Shown here: positions 17,561 to 24,245 of the stretch, piece after piece | How the letters are laid out: every line of letters begins with the position of its first letter | How positions within the stretch are numbered: position 1 is the stretch's first letter | Assembly (NCBI GenBank): GCA_043771315.1 | Contig: JAYVHJ010000474.1 | Location: 1-28,937, forward strand | Origin: Raineyaceae bacterium | GTDB lineage: Bacteria > Bacteroidota > Bacteroidia > Cytophagales > Thermonemataceae | Length of the DNA stretch: 28,937 bases | Reading direction: 5' to 3' | Position numbers and translations under genes: made by a program | Notes under the pieces: model-generated | Told to the model about the DNA's origin: nothing | What the model saw: the letters and a program-made list of their open reading frames with translations, nothing else | The model's database searches: none

Positions 17561-18373
17561 TTACAAAAATTTGACTTCTTTAAAGTGATAATAATGCAAT
17601 TTATTATTTTTTTTGATACAAAGTTTGCCTATCTCATCAACGCCAATAATTTCACCTTCAAAAGCACCTTCAACATCTTCAAACATAGCTTTTTCTTGAT
17701 AACGGTACATATTTTGCAAATATTCAAACTTTATTAAGGCTTTTTTATTTTCTTTCAACTGAAAATAGCGTTTTTCTAAGTAAGAAAGTAGTTTTTCTAC
17801 GCATATACGCACATTATACATGTTTGCAGTAGCATCTACACTAGCGTTTGTGCTAGCAAGTAGGAGAGAGGTGGCAGTAGGGATATTGAAATGTAATTGG
17901 TTGATATTAAGACCTATACCAATAATAGAGTAATTTATATTTTTTCCTGAAAGTAAGTTTTGTATCAAAATCCCTCCTATTTTTTTATTATCAATAAAAA
18001 TATCATTTGACCATTTTATTTTGACAGAATTATTATCTAAATTATTTGAAATATTATCTTTTATTTTAGAAGAAACAAAATCAAAAATCCCCAAAGCTAC
18101 TACCATATTTAGCCAAAATTGCTCGTTTGCATCAAGGAAATGCGGTTTTAGAATAAGAGAAAGTGTAATGTTTTCGTTTGGATTAGTGTCCCAAGTGTTG
18201 CCTGCTTGTCCTTTTCCTGCTGTTTGGTTGTCTGTAATAATGAGTGTACCATCAAATAAAGCTTTTTCTGAATTTTTATTTGATAGCATTTGCAGGGCGT
18301 ATTCATTAGTTGAAAGACATTCTGGTAAATAAATGAGTGATTTACCAAAAAATAAAGTAGAAAAATTGTACAA
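17561..18373 (-). CDS. birA: Biotin--[acetyl-CoA-carboxylase] ligase, class I (no HTH domain)
   Basis: 270 aa. BPL catalytic motif QTAGKGQAGNTWDT (GRGRxGxxW-type), followed by IGIGLNIN. Confidence 0.8.
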   Translation of the reverse strand: MYNFSTLFFGKSLIYLPECLSTNEYALQMLSNKNSEKALFDGTLIITDNQTAGKGQAGNTWDTNPNENITLSLILKPHFLDANEQFWLNMVVALGIFDFVSSKIKDNISNNLDNNSVKIKWSNDIFIDNKKIGGILIQNLLSGKNINYSIIGIGLNINQLHFNIPTATSLLLASTNASVDATANMYNVRICVEKLLSYLEKRYFQLKENKKALIKFEYLQNMYRYQEKAMFEDVEGAFEGEIIGVDEIGKLCIKKNNKLHYYHFKEVKFL

Positions 18374-18560
18374 TTTTTTGTATTTTTGTGTTTTGATACT
18401 GAAAAATAGTTGTAACTTAAATATAAAAGGTTGTTAATCAACCAATTATATAAATACTATTCGTAATTATTTTTAAACGTAACAAAAAAAACATCAAAAA
18501 AAAAGAAAAAAGTGAATTTTGATAAATTAGATTGTTGTAATTATTACTACGCTGTATTTA

Positions 18561-18595
18561 ATTCACAATTCACAATTTACAATTCACAATTATTA
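18561..18595. repeat. (AATTCAC)n heptanucleotide repeat, 5 units, ending 10 nt before the rsfS start codon
   Basis: AATTCAC AATTCAC AATTTAC AATTCAC AATTATT. Confidence 0.75.
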
Positions 18596-18605
18596 ATAAA
18601 GTCAA

Positions 18606-18998
18606 ATGAAAAAAAGCAGAAAAGAAAAAGAGCCTACAAGCCTTTCAGCAGAACTTTTGAGCCAAGTAGTGGCAAAAGGAATGCAAGATAAAAAAGCACA
18701 AAACATTGTTATTATGGATATGCGCCATGTAAAACAAGCTATGGCGGATTTTTTTGTGATTTGTACGGGTGGTTCTGATACACAATTAGATGCTATTGCA
18801 GACTCAATAGAGAAAGAAGTAGTGGAAATGGGCAACGAAAAGCCTTGGCACAGAGAAGGAATGCAGAACCGTGAGTGGATTTTGCTGGATTATGTCAATG
18901 TCATTGCACACGTTTTTAAGAAGACAAAAAGAGATTTTTTTGCACTAGAAGAACTTTGGGCAGATGCGAAAATCACGCAAGTTGCCTCTGATAATTAG
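18606..18998 (+). CDS. rsfS: Ribosomal silencing factor RsfS (Iojap family)
   Basis: 130 aa. DFFVICTGGSDTQLDAIADSIEKE...WILLDYVNVIAHVF is the canonical Iojap/RsfS fold. Confidence 0.85.
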   Translation: MKKSRKEKEPTSLSAELLSQVVAKGMQDKKAQNIVIMDMRHVKQAMADFFVICTGGSDTQLDAIADSIEKEVVEMGNEKPWHREGMQNREWILLDYVNVIAHVFKKTKRDFFALEELWADAKITQVASDN

Positions 18999-19004
18999 GT
19001 AATA

Positions 19005-19035
19005 ATTTTCCAAAAGTTGCCAACTTTTGGAAAAT
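19005..19035 (+). terminator. Intrinsic terminator after rsfS
   Basis: ATTTTCCAAAAGTTG-C-CAACTTTTGGAAAAT perfect 15-bp palindrome followed by T-rich sequence. Confidence 0.55.
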
Positions 19036-19148
19036 TTAGCAAATGTTTTTTCTTTCTTTTTTTGTAATTTACAAAAAAATGTGTATTTTTGGTAAAGTTT
19101 AGTTGAGATTAGGAAATAATTTTAAAAGTGTTTAAAAAAGTGTTTGAT

Positions 19149-19325
19149 ATGAGAAAATTTATTGCTTTCGTTCTTTTGTTTAGTTCAATAATGATGCTTA
19201 GTTCTTGCGTTACGTATGTGGGTAGACGTGGTCGTGGATATGATTCACAGACGTGGACACCAAAAAAATATGGAGAAGTACCATTGCGTAGCTTTACGGG
19301 TTATCCTCGTGGAAGTAGAAGATAG
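19149..19325 (+). CDS. Small basic lipoprotein (58 aa precursor)
   Basis: MRKFIAFVLLFSSIMMLSS|C lipobox. The mature 39-aa peptide is Arg/Gly-rich: CVTYVGRRGRGYDSQTWTPKKYGEVPLRSFTGYPRGSRR. Confidence 0.4.
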   Translation: MRKFIAFVLLFSSIMMLSSCVTYVGRRGRGYDSQTWTPKKYGEVPLRSFTGYPRGSRR

Positions 19326-19362
19326 AATTATAGAAATATTATAGTAATTATTATTTATAATA

Positions 19363-19503
19363 ATGTCAAAAATTATCAAAATCTTTATTTTCAGTATTTG
19401 TGCAATATTTTTACTAGAATCTTGTACGCCTTCTTTTAAGAAAAGGCGCAAGGGCGCACCGCCAAAATCTGGAAAAATTCCTTGCCCAGTTAAAGACTGC
19501 TAA
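19363..19503 (+). CDS. Small basic lipoprotein (46 aa precursor; absent from the ORF track)
   Basis: MSKIIKIFIFSICAIFLLES|C lipobox. Mature peptide CTPSFKKRRKGAPPKSGKIPCPVKDC. Lies in tandem with the preceding mini-lipoprotein. Confidence 0.35.
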   Translation: MSKIIKIFIFSICAIFLLESCTPSFKKRRKGAPPKSGKIPCPVKDC

Positions 19504-19514
19504 ATATAAAATAG

Positions 19515-19544
19515 TGGTGAGTTGTAAGTTATGAATTGTGAGTT
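19515..19544. repeat. Heptanucleotide repeat (GTGAGTT/GTAAGTT) x4
   Basis: GTGAGTT GTAAGTT ATGAATT GTGAGTT. Same family as 3159-3200. Confidence 0.6.
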
Positions 19545-19754
19545 AATACAAAATACTGATAATCAATTTATTATGACCTTCCACATAAAAACATAAAAAT
19601 CAAGTAAAAGAAGTAATACCTCTGCAATTGCATCTGCAAGCGCACGTGTATTGCTTCTTTTTTGTGTGTTCATTTTGTTTAAGAGTTACAAAAAATACTA
19701 AAAAACATTGTTTGTATTTTCACAAACAACTATTATACAAATACTCCAAAATCT

Positions 19755-20456
19755 ATGAAAAAACTTATTATTGCCTTAGATGGCTATTCTGCTTGTGGCA
19801 AAAGTTCTACAGCAAAGCTCGTAGCAGCACAATTAGGCTATTCTTATATAGATACTGGGGCTATGTACCGTGCCGTTACACTTTATTTTTTGGATAATTA
19901 CGTGGAACTAACCAATCCAAAAGCTATTAAAACAGCCTTAGATAAGATAAATATCACTTTTGAACACAATCCCCTCACGCAACTTAGTGATACTTTTCTT
20001 AATAATCTTAATGTAGAAGATGAAATTAGAAAAATGTATATCTCCCAGAATGTCAGCCAAGTAAGTGCTATCACAGAGGTACGCAAGGCAATGGTGGCAC
20101 AACAACAGAAAATGGGCAAAAAACGTGGTATTGTGATGGACGGAAGAGATATTGCGACAACTGTCTTTCCTGATGCAGAAGTAAAAGTTTTTATGACTGC
20201 GGACACCATTATACGTGCCTCACGCCGCCAAAAAGAACTTTTTGCGAAAGATGAGATTGTTGATTTGGATATAATTGTAGAAAATATCAAAAAAAGAGAT
20301 AATATAGATTCCACACGTGAGGAAAGCCCTCTTAGAATGGATAAAGATGCTTTTTTGTTGGATACTACTTTTATGACAGTTGATGAGCAAGTGGACATAG
20401 TTTTGCAATTAGCTACCAGCAAAATGATAGCTATTAACAGAGAAGTGGCAAGCTAG
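19755..20456 (+). CDS. cmk: Cytidylate kinase
   Basis: 233 aa. P-loop IIALDGYSACGKSSTAKLVA, then YIDTGAMYRAVT and DGRDIATTVFPDAEVKVFMTA. Confidence 0.9.
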   Translation: MKKLIIALDGYSACGKSSTAKLVAAQLGYSYIDTGAMYRAVTLYFLDNYVELTNPKAIKTALDKINITFEHNPLTQLSDTFLNNLNVEDEIRKMYISQNVSQVSAITEVRKAMVAQQQKMGKKRGIVMDGRDIATTVFPDAEVKVFMTADTIIRASRRQKELFAKDEIVDLDIIVENIKKRDNIDSTREESPLRMDKDAFLLDTTFMTVDEQVDIVLQLATSKMIAINREVAS

Positions 20457-20670
20457 AAGTAGTAGGTACGCAAAATACATTTTTTAGATTTTTATCATAA
20501 AAAATATAGAAAAAATTTGAAAAGAAAAAAATAACAGTTATCTTTGCACCTCAATTTTATAAGTATGCTTTCTAAGTTTTAGCGTATATTCCTTGAATAT
20601 AATTTTGAAACCAAGTTTTAAGGTAAAGTTTTTAATATTGTTTTACATATAACCCCAAAAATATACGAAT

Positions 20671-20829
20671 ATGGCAGTAACAAGATTACAGCGCAAAGAC
20701 CGCAAGAATGTGGCTCGTGCAAAAGCAAAAGTAGCAAATATCTCTCGTTTGATGACAAAACCAGCTATTAAAGAAGTTGATATAGAAGCAATCAAAGCAG
20801 AATTTGCAGCTAAAAAAGCAGCTAAATAA
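20671..20829 (+). CDS. Small basic hypothetical protein (52 aa; absent from the ORF track)
   Basis: ATG...TAA: MAVTRLQRKDRKNVARAKAKVANISRLMTKPAIKEVDIEAIKAEFAAKKAAK. Followed 70 nt later by a strong bidirectional terminator. Coding status rests on ORF integrity and context only. Confidence 0.35.
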   Translation: MAVTRLQRKDRKNVARAKAKVANISRLMTKPAIKEVDIEAIKAEFAAKKAAK

Positions 20830-20897
20830 TTAGCTAAACAAATTTAGTTAAATCTTATGAATGACAAGTTTTTGTTTCAAACAAACAAATCCCCTCA

Positions 20898-20940
20898 ATA
20901 AAAATCCCTTTAAATTTAATTTAAAGGGATTTTTATTTTA
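20898..20940. terminator. Bidirectional intrinsic terminator between the small ORF and the convergent sigma-factor gene
   Basis: A5-TCCCTTTAAATT-T-AATTTAAAGGGA-T5 perfect palindrome. Confidence 0.55.
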
Positions 20941-20984
20941 TAAAAAGATAATAAATGCTACCAGTTGCAAGTTTATAATGAAAG

Positions 20985-21584
20985 CTAGGCAACAGCTAAA
21001 GTACTTTCAAAACAGATATTATATTTTTCTGCTTGTTTGCGTAGGTTGATAAGTGCGTAACGCATACGTCCAAGTGCCGTATTTATGCTTACGTTGGTAG
21101 CTTGTGCTATTTCTTGAAAACTCATATCAGAGTAATGACGCATAATAAGTACTTCTTTTTGTTTTTTTGGTAGTTCTTCTACCAACTGACGCACTTTTTC
21201 ATTTATTTCGTTGCGTATTTGTGTATCTTCAAAAGATTCTTGTATTTGGTGCATACCATTTGAAAACTCATTTTGAGTGTCAAGTTCTGTAGTTGGATAG
21301 CGTTTGTTTTTTCTGAAGTAATCAATAGCAATATTATGTCCAATGCGAGTAATCCAAGAAGAAAACTTGCCTTCATCATTATATTTGCCTTGTTTGATAG
21401 TGCGTACTGCTTTAATAAAAGTTTCTTGCAATAAATCCTGTGCCACATCTTTATCCTTGACAATCAAGTAGATGGTATTTTGTACTTTCATTTGGTAGCG
21501 TTTAAACAATTTTTCAAAAGCTTGTTCGTTTCCATTTGCATAAAGTGCTACAAGTACGCTGTCGCTGATTATTGGATTTTTCAT
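20985..21584 (-). CDS. RNA polymerase sigma-70 factor, ECF subfamily
   Basis: Region 2 (LLQETFIKAV...FSSWITRIGHNIAIDYFRK) and region 4 (EVLIMRHYSDMSFQEIAQATNVSINTALGRMRYAL). The ORF extends to an upstream ATG at 21659. The start at 21584 (MKNPIISDSVLVALYANG...) fits the ECF N-terminal consensus better. No anti-sigma gene is adjacent. Confidence 0.75.
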   Translation of the reverse strand: MKNPIISDSVLVALYANGNEQAFEKLFKRYQMKVQNTIYLIVKDKDVAQDLLQETFIKAVRTIKQGKYNDEGKFSSWITRIGHNIAIDYFRKNKRYPTTELDTQNEFSNGMHQIQESFEDTQIRNEINEKVRQLVEELPKKQKEVLIMRHYSDMSFQEIAQATNVSINTALGRMRYALINLRKQAEKYNICFESTLAVA

Positions 21585-21817
21585 AATGATAGGGTTGTTG
21601 GATAATTGGGTGATTTTATTAGCTGTTGCTTTAAACACTTCTTTTGTGTCGTATGCCAATCTTTATTACAAAACCGTTCCAAAAATTAAAATAAGTCCAA
21701 AAAAATCATTAAAAACCCACAATACTTCATTTAGAATACAAAAAAGCACTTTTTTTATTTTAGAAAATTTCTTTAAAGAAATTTTCTAATGCTTTATTGC
21801 CAAAATACTGTACGTAA

Positions 21818-21889
21818 GCGGACACTTTTCATAGAAAAGCGGACACTTTTTTGTGCGTACATTTTCCAAATCTTCAAGATTTGGAAAAT
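21818..21889. promoter_or_regulatory. Tandem GCGGACACTTTT boxes plus a 31-bp perfect palindrome, upstream of the sigma gene and downstream of the crotonase gene
   Basis: GCGGACACTTTTCATAGAAAA-GCGGACACTTTTTTG, then CATTTTCCAAATCTT-CAA-GATTTGGAAAATG. The same GGACACTTTTCRTA(TA)GAAAAG box recurs at 23479-23502. Confidence 0.3.
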
Positions 21890-21905
21890 GTGTTTGTATA
21901 GAAAT

Positions 21906-22718
21906 TTACCTAAAGCTAGGTTTTTGCTTACTAAAACTCGCCATCATAGCTATTTTCAAATCTTCTGAAAGCAGTTGAGAGGCGTTTAGGGTCGCTACAT
22001 AATTCAAACCTTCACTTACACTGTGGTCACGAGCGTGCAAAAGTACATTTTTTGTACCACGCACCGCAGAAGGAGATTTTTCTGCAATCAAAACTGCTAT
22101 TTTCATTACTTCTGCTAGCATTTCTTCCTTATTTGCAAAAACTTTATTGACAAGTTGCATTTTTTCAGCTTCTTTTGCGCTTACGTTGCGTGCCGTAAGA
22201 GAAAGTTCGTTTGCAAGCCCAAAACCAATGATTTTAGGAAGTCTTTGAAGCGTTCCAATATCTGCAATAATGCCCAAATCCACTTCTTTTACACAAAAAA
22301 TTGCCTCTTCTGTGGCGTAGCGCATATCACAAGCTGTAGCCAAATCAACACCACCGCCCACACAAGCCCCACTAATAGCTGCAATAACAGGTTTTGCACA
22401 TTTTTCAGGAGAAGAAATAGCAGATTGCAAAGATAAAATAAATTTTTTAAGGCGTTCACCCACACGTCCTTTGCAGGTTTCTTCTTCATTTATTTGGTTC
22501 ATTTTCATCAACATAGACAAATCTATACCAGATGAAAAATGTTTGCCCTCACCAGAAAGGACAATTACACGAACTTCATTGTTTTCTTCCAACTCGTTGA
22601 ATATCAAAGGTATTTCTTTCCAAAAATCCTCATTCATAGCGTTGGCTTTGTCGGGGCGGTTGATGCGCAGGTGAGCAACATTATTTTCTATAGAAACTAA
22701 AAAAGCATTATAAGACAT
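21906..22718 (-). CDS. Enoyl-CoA hydratase/isomerase (crotonase) family protein
   Basis: 270 aa. Oxyanion-hole and catalytic motifs: VIVLSGEGKHFSSGIDL, AAISGACVGGGVDLATACDMRYAT. Confidence 0.85.
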   Translation of the reverse strand: MSYNAFLVSIENNVAHLRINRPDKANAMNEDFWKEIPLIFNELEENNEVRVIVLSGEGKHFSSGIDLSMLMKMNQINEEETCKGRVGERLKKFILSLQSAISSPEKCAKPVIAAISGACVGGGVDLATACDMRYATEEAIFCVKEVDLGIIADIGTLQRLPKIIGFGLANELSLTARNVSAKEAEKMQLVNKVFANKEEMLAEVMKIAVLIAEKSPSAVRGTKNVLLHARDHSVSEGLNYVATLNASQLLSEDLKIAMMASFSKQKPSFR

Positions 22719-22896
22719 TTGAGAGTTATTTTAATGAGTATTTAAAAATATTTCTTCAAATATAATATTTTTTCTTTTGATTCTAAAGAAAAATAATCTA
22801 CTCTAATTAAACCTTTCTCAAAAAAATATATCTTACATCTGATTTTGGGAAAATAACCAAATCATCATTCAATATTAATCTAAAAAAATTACGAAA

Positions 22897-23307
22897 ATGA
22901 AAAAAGTAACCTTATTTATCCTTCTTTTTGTTGCTTCAATGGCTAGTTTGATGGCACAAGACAAAGCAAAAATGAAATCTCCAGAAGAAAGAGCGCAAAG
23001 ATATACAGAACGTTTGACAAAACTTCTCAAACTTGATGACAGGCAAGTAGCCACCATAGGACAAATTAACCTAGAAACTGCCAAGCAAATTGAAGCTTTG
23101 GGCGCAAAACCTGCCAAGCAAACACCTGCAATGAAAGAATTTCGCAAGAAAAGCCACACTATCAATATGGCTAGAATGGACAAAATCAAAGCAGTACTTA
23201 CGCCAGCACAACAAATTGAGCTAGAAAAACACAGAAAAGAAGTTATCAAAAAGCATCAAGACAAGAAAAAAGCAAAAAAAGATGCAAAAGATGATGACGA
23301 GGACTAA
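22897..23307 (+). CDS. Periplasmic Spy/CpxP-like (LTXXQ-motif) protein
   Basis: Signal peptide MKKVTLFILLFVASMASLMA|Q. Two LTXXQ-type motifs (LKLDDRQVATIGQI, VLTPAQQIELEKHRKE). Lys/Asp-rich tail. Confidence 0.55.
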   Translation: MKKVTLFILLFVASMASLMAQDKAKMKSPEERAQRYTERLTKLLKLDDRQVATIGQINLETAKQIEALGAKPAKQTPAMKEFRKKSHTINMARMDKIKAVLTPAQQIELEKHRKEVIKKHQDKKKAKKDAKDDDED

Positions 23308-23329
23308 GTTTAAAAGTGTGAACTACTAA

Positions 23330-23370
23330 AAAAAGCTGCTATTTCTAAGGAATAGCAGCTTTTTTGTTTT
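23330..23370 (+). terminator. Intrinsic terminator after the Spy-like gene
   Basis: AGCTGCTATT-TCTAAGG-AATAGCAGCT followed by TTTTTGTTTT. Confidence 0.6.
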
Positions 23371-23454
23371 ATACCAAAAAAAACATACTACATTCTTTAT
23401 AATTATCTATATTTGCACCAAAATATTAGTTCACTTCGTTAAATTATATCTAAA

Positions 23455-24102
23455 ATGACACTATTACAGTTTTTTTTGTCGGACACTTTTCGTATAGAAA
23501 AGTTGGATTTTAAGCAGATATTGGCGGTTTCGTTGATACTTTTTTCTGTGATAGACATATTGGGGGTTATTCCTGTGATTATTGATATACGCAAAAAAGC
23601 GGGTGAACTTCACGCTGGAAAGGCAACTATTGTTTCTGGGATTTTGATGATTGCTTTTTTGTTTTTTGGTGAAATTATTTTGAAGTTTTTAGGTTTGGAT
23701 ATTAGTTCTTTTTCACTTGCGGGGTCTATCATTATCTTTCTGATAGGTTTTGAAATGCTTTTGGGTATTCATCTTTTTCAGGATACCATTGACCCAAAAA
23801 GCTCGTCCATAGTGCCGTTGGCATTTCCTTTGATAGCAGGCGCAGGAACTATTACGACCATTATTTCGCTACGTTCTCAATATGAACAAGTGAACGTTTT
23901 AGTAGGGATTTTTCTTAATTTATTGTTTGTTTATGCTGTTTTGAAATCTTCTGTTTGGATAGAACATGTACTTGGCGTAACTGGTGCAAACATTTTACGA
24001 AAAGTTTTTAGTGTGATTTTGCTTGCTATTGGTATAAAAATGTTCCAAAATAGCCTACAAACGTGGCTTTGTGCTGCTTTTAAGGTAGGTTGTCCTATTT
24101 AG
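23455..24102 (+). CDS. MarC-family (UPF0056/NAAT) integral membrane protein
   Basis: 215-aa ORF with 6 TM-like segments. The LILFSVIDILGVIPVIID motif corresponds to the MarC N-terminal NPIGxIPIF region. An in-frame TTG at 23503 would give a more typical N-terminus and would leave the GGACACTTTTCGTATAGAAAAG box just upstream. Confidence 0.7.
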   Translation: MTLLQFFLSDTFRIEKLDFKQILAVSLILFSVIDILGVIPVIIDIRKKAGELHAGKATIVSGILMIAFLFFGEIILKFLGLDISSFSLAGSIIIFLIGFEMLLGIHLFQDTIDPKSSSIVPLAFPLIAGAGTITTIISLRSQYEQVNVLVGIFLNLLFVYAVLKSSVWIEHVLGVTGANILRKVFSVILLAIGIKMFQNSLQTWLCAAFKVGCPI

Positions 24103-24133
24103 TGAGTAGTGAAATAGTGAGTAGTGTTTAGTG
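24095..24133. repeat. Tandem 7-8-mer repeat (AGTGAGT/AGTGAAAT)
   Basis: AGTGAGT AGTGAAAT AGTGAGT AGTGTTT AGTGGAAT; the partner array 24191-24245 is in inverted orientation. Confidence 0.6.
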
Positions 24134-24142
24134 GAATACATT

Positions 24143-24181
24143 TACTTGATAAAAAAGTGCCTTCTAAAATTATAGAAGGCA
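24143..24181. terminator. Bidirectional terminator shared by the convergent MarC and MVP genes
   Basis: A6-GTGCCTTCTA-AAATTA-TAGAAGGCAC-T5. Confidence 0.6.
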
Positions 24182-24190
24182 CTTTTTAGT

Positions 24191-24245
24191 TTTACATTCG
24201 TACTTCGTACTTCTCACTTCGTACCTCTTCCTACACTTCTTCTGC
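24191..24245. repeat. Tandem heptamer repeat (TCGTACT/TCTCACT), reverse-complement type of the 24095 array; overlaps the MVP stop codon
   Basis: ACATTCG TACTTCG TACTTCT CACTTCG TACCTCT TCCTACA CTTC. Confidence 0.6.

Noticed and set aside
19898-20422. 174-aa ORF antisense to cmk
   Set aside because: Ser/Ile/Leu-rich low-complexity translation. cmk on the + strand has unambiguous kinase motifs.
20457-20670. 214-bp spacer after cmk checked for an RNA gene
   Set aside because: No stable structure or conserved motif recognised. It probably holds the promoter of the 52-aa small ORF.
21659-21659. Upstream ATG as the sigma-factor start
   Set aside because: A GGAAC…TACGAC ECF-like promoter candidate overlaps this ATG. 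The downstream ATG (21584) gives the consensus ECF N-terminus. Both are noted in the feature.
22875-23249. 124-aa ORF antisense to the Spy-like gene
   Set aside because: The + strand product has a signal peptide and LTXXQ motifs. The antisense translation is Cys/Ser-rich low complexity.
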